Positions 34,163 to 35,859 of a DNA stretch of 35,859 nt are shown here, piece by piece. Position 1 is the stretch's first letter. The number at the start of each line of letters is the position of its first letter. Both the position numbers and the translations under genes were made by a program. The stretch is from assembly GCA_000934665.2 (NCBI GenBank), contig KZ538009.1, positions 124,001 to 159,859 on the forward strand, in the 5' to 3' direction. Under the pieces are notes generated by a model, which worked only from the letters and a program-made list of their open reading frames with translations, did not search any database and was not told where the DNA came from. The DNA is from Catajapyx aquilonaris. Taxonomy: Eukaryota.

Positions 34163-35093
34163 TGGTATTGGTCGTCAGCCCTTTCCCCCATCAAGTCCAG
34201 GCAGTAACCTGCAGCTGTGTCCCTTCAATTCATGCCCAAGCGAGTTTTCATTGTTCTTGTGGAGCAGCCAGTGGTCGTCTGCCCCGGTTCGTCATCATTA
34301 GATACCAAATCGCAACGATTCAGGACAACAGCATTGTAGGCTACTCAATTGTACTCCTATTTGTGAACGTGGGAAGAGTATCATCATTACGTGTGGCAGA
34401 CGCTGACGTGATGTAAGGTAGGACCAAGGGTATAGGACACCTGTGGCGTATGCACAATGGAGCTTTTGCGACATTTTGTTACATTATTTTGATACCGCGT
34501 GCACATTTTCAAGAATATACGCTAACACTATAAATAAAGCCATTCGAGACGGAAAAATTGCAGGTCGCAGGCACAGAAAAATACGAGCGAAATGAGGGTT
34601 TCTCTTGTGTCATTAACAATCTCCTTGTAGTAGGTTACTTGCACTGAATTTTACTGTCTTATTGTTCCTCCCTATCGGTGTATCGGATTTACCAATGAAT
34701 AAACTCAACATGATATGTGATAGGAGAAATTGTAATGTTGCACACGATTGGATTGGATATCCTCTGATTACAGAATTTAGGTTACATCCCTATACTATAG
34801 CTGTGAATTTGTAGACGTATAATCTCACTCTAAAATTTACGGGTATACCGTACTGTAATTTAAATCTCACTGATATTGTACGGGTACTCACTTTCTTGCA
34901 GAATATAAAAATCAACAACGGACGCAGAGCTATACAGAAGATCCAGCACGTGCGATATTGCAACCGACTATACTGTGCGTCAAACAAACTGGTGTAAGCA
35001 TACATTGACATGGAGGATGAATATAAATTAATATTTATTAATTTTATTCTCCAGATTGTGTGCTGTCGTATACGTCATCGCGTCAGTTGCAGT

Positions 35094-35762
35094 ATGACAG
35101 GCACACTCACTGGAGCCTCCAGCTTCTCAATGGAATGGGTGATCGACAACTTCAGAGCCAGTGAACCCAAGAGACTTCATTCACCGATCACTACCCTACC
35201 AGGAATTGAAGGAGATTGGAATCTGTGGCTTGATCGGGTTATCAACGGGTTCGATGTTTGCATTTTCGTTTACGTTCGGTATTCCCCACCACCCCGAAGG
35301 GCGGTTAATCCAACTGTGACACCACAACTGCAGATCACATGCTTGAATGTCAATCGTGGTATGGCAGACACATTTACATGTACTCTGGAGCAAGAAGGGT
35401 CTCCAGCATTAGGTATATGGAAGGGAGAAGTGGTCCTTTGCTCGCATGCTATGAGACAGGTTGGGACAGGAAATTTTAAACTGACTTTAACACTTCAAGG
35501 TGAGGTGAAGAAATCATCCCTGCCTCTAACTGACATGCCCACACTATCTCATGATTTGAAGAAAGTGTATGAATTGGGAGGGGATCCAGACGTGACCCTT
35601 GTGGGAGACGACGAGGTCGAGGTCACTGCCCACAAGGTCATACTGTCTGCCAGGAGTCCAGTCTTCGCTGCCATGTTTCAGCATGACATGGTGGAGAAAG
35701 AGGCGGGAAAAGCCAAATTAACCGGGATTAAATCTGACGTAATAAGAGAGATGGTGTACTAC
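35094..35762 (+). pseudogene. SPOP-like MATH-like + BTB gene, copy 2, interrupted within the BTB domain
   Basis: Paralogue of copy 1 up to ...REMVYY. Similarity then ends abruptly at 35763 and a stop follows after CNG. Confidence 0.85.
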
Positions 35763-35859
35763 TGTAACGGTTAAGGCACCGTCTTTGCCCAGGCTACTCA
35801 AATGATACACAGTGGGTTCGGTTCACACAGGTGTTTTATTCTGAACTGTCCCCAAAAGG
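35763..35859 (-). mobile_element. Probable end of a second, unrelated LTR element (truncated by the window edge)
   Basis: Begins TGTAAC exactly at the homology breakpoint, and has a minus-strand AATAAA (tttatt 35835-35840) as expected for an inverted R/U5 region. Only 97 bp are visible. Confidence 0.6.

Larger units (their letters stand above)
25555..35762 (+). repeat. Tandem segmental duplication carrying the SPOP-like gene (unit 1 from ~25555, unit 2 from ~33314)
   Basis: Collinear anchors: ttttggtaaagtaaaatatcagtt (25569/33328), cattaac.cagcaaaagca (~25774/~33805), gagggatttcccctctctcttatcatcatca (26010/34132), gacacctgt.gcgta (~30046/~34436), aaaatcaacaa.gga.gcag.gcta (~30801/~34907), then the CDSs. 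Confidence 0.9.

Noticed and set aside
33979..34416. 145-aa ORF with a hydrophobic stretch
   Set aside because: It overlaps the duplicated upstream region, and the frame is not preserved in the paralogous unit.
34903..34911. TATA box for SPOP-like copy 2
   Set aside because: It directly follows a likely splice acceptor (tttcttgcag; tttcttgtag in copy 1) and is not conserved in copy 1.

Overview
This is eukaryotic, invertebrate-like genomic DNA with short GT-AG introns of about 55-90 bp; it is not prokaryotic, so there are no operons or CRISPR arrays. Bases ~1-17,400 have no supportable coding gene, only microsatellites, small fold-back (MITE-like) elements and enhancer-like motif clusters. 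A compact gene block follows: a secreted C-type lectin (+, 17681-18636), and a complete 8-exon WDR61/SKI8 gene (-, 22198-19233) whose only large intron holds a second, paralogous lectin on the opposite strand (19795-20834). An ankyrin-repeat/SOCS-box-like gene (+, ~22911-24886) is divergently transcribed from WDR61. The right third is a tandem duplication of an intronless SPOP-like (MATH-like + BTB) gene. Copy 1 has a one-base frameshift and a 3.7-kb non-autonomous gypsy-like LTR element upstream; copy 2 is cut by a probable second LTR at the window edge. Both copies keep an identical NF-kB + GATA motif block upstream, and their putative substrate-binding domains have diverged much more than their BTB domains. 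Together this suggests a fast-evolving innate-immunity and ubiquitin-adaptor neighbourhood (inference). All gene models and alignments were made by eye.
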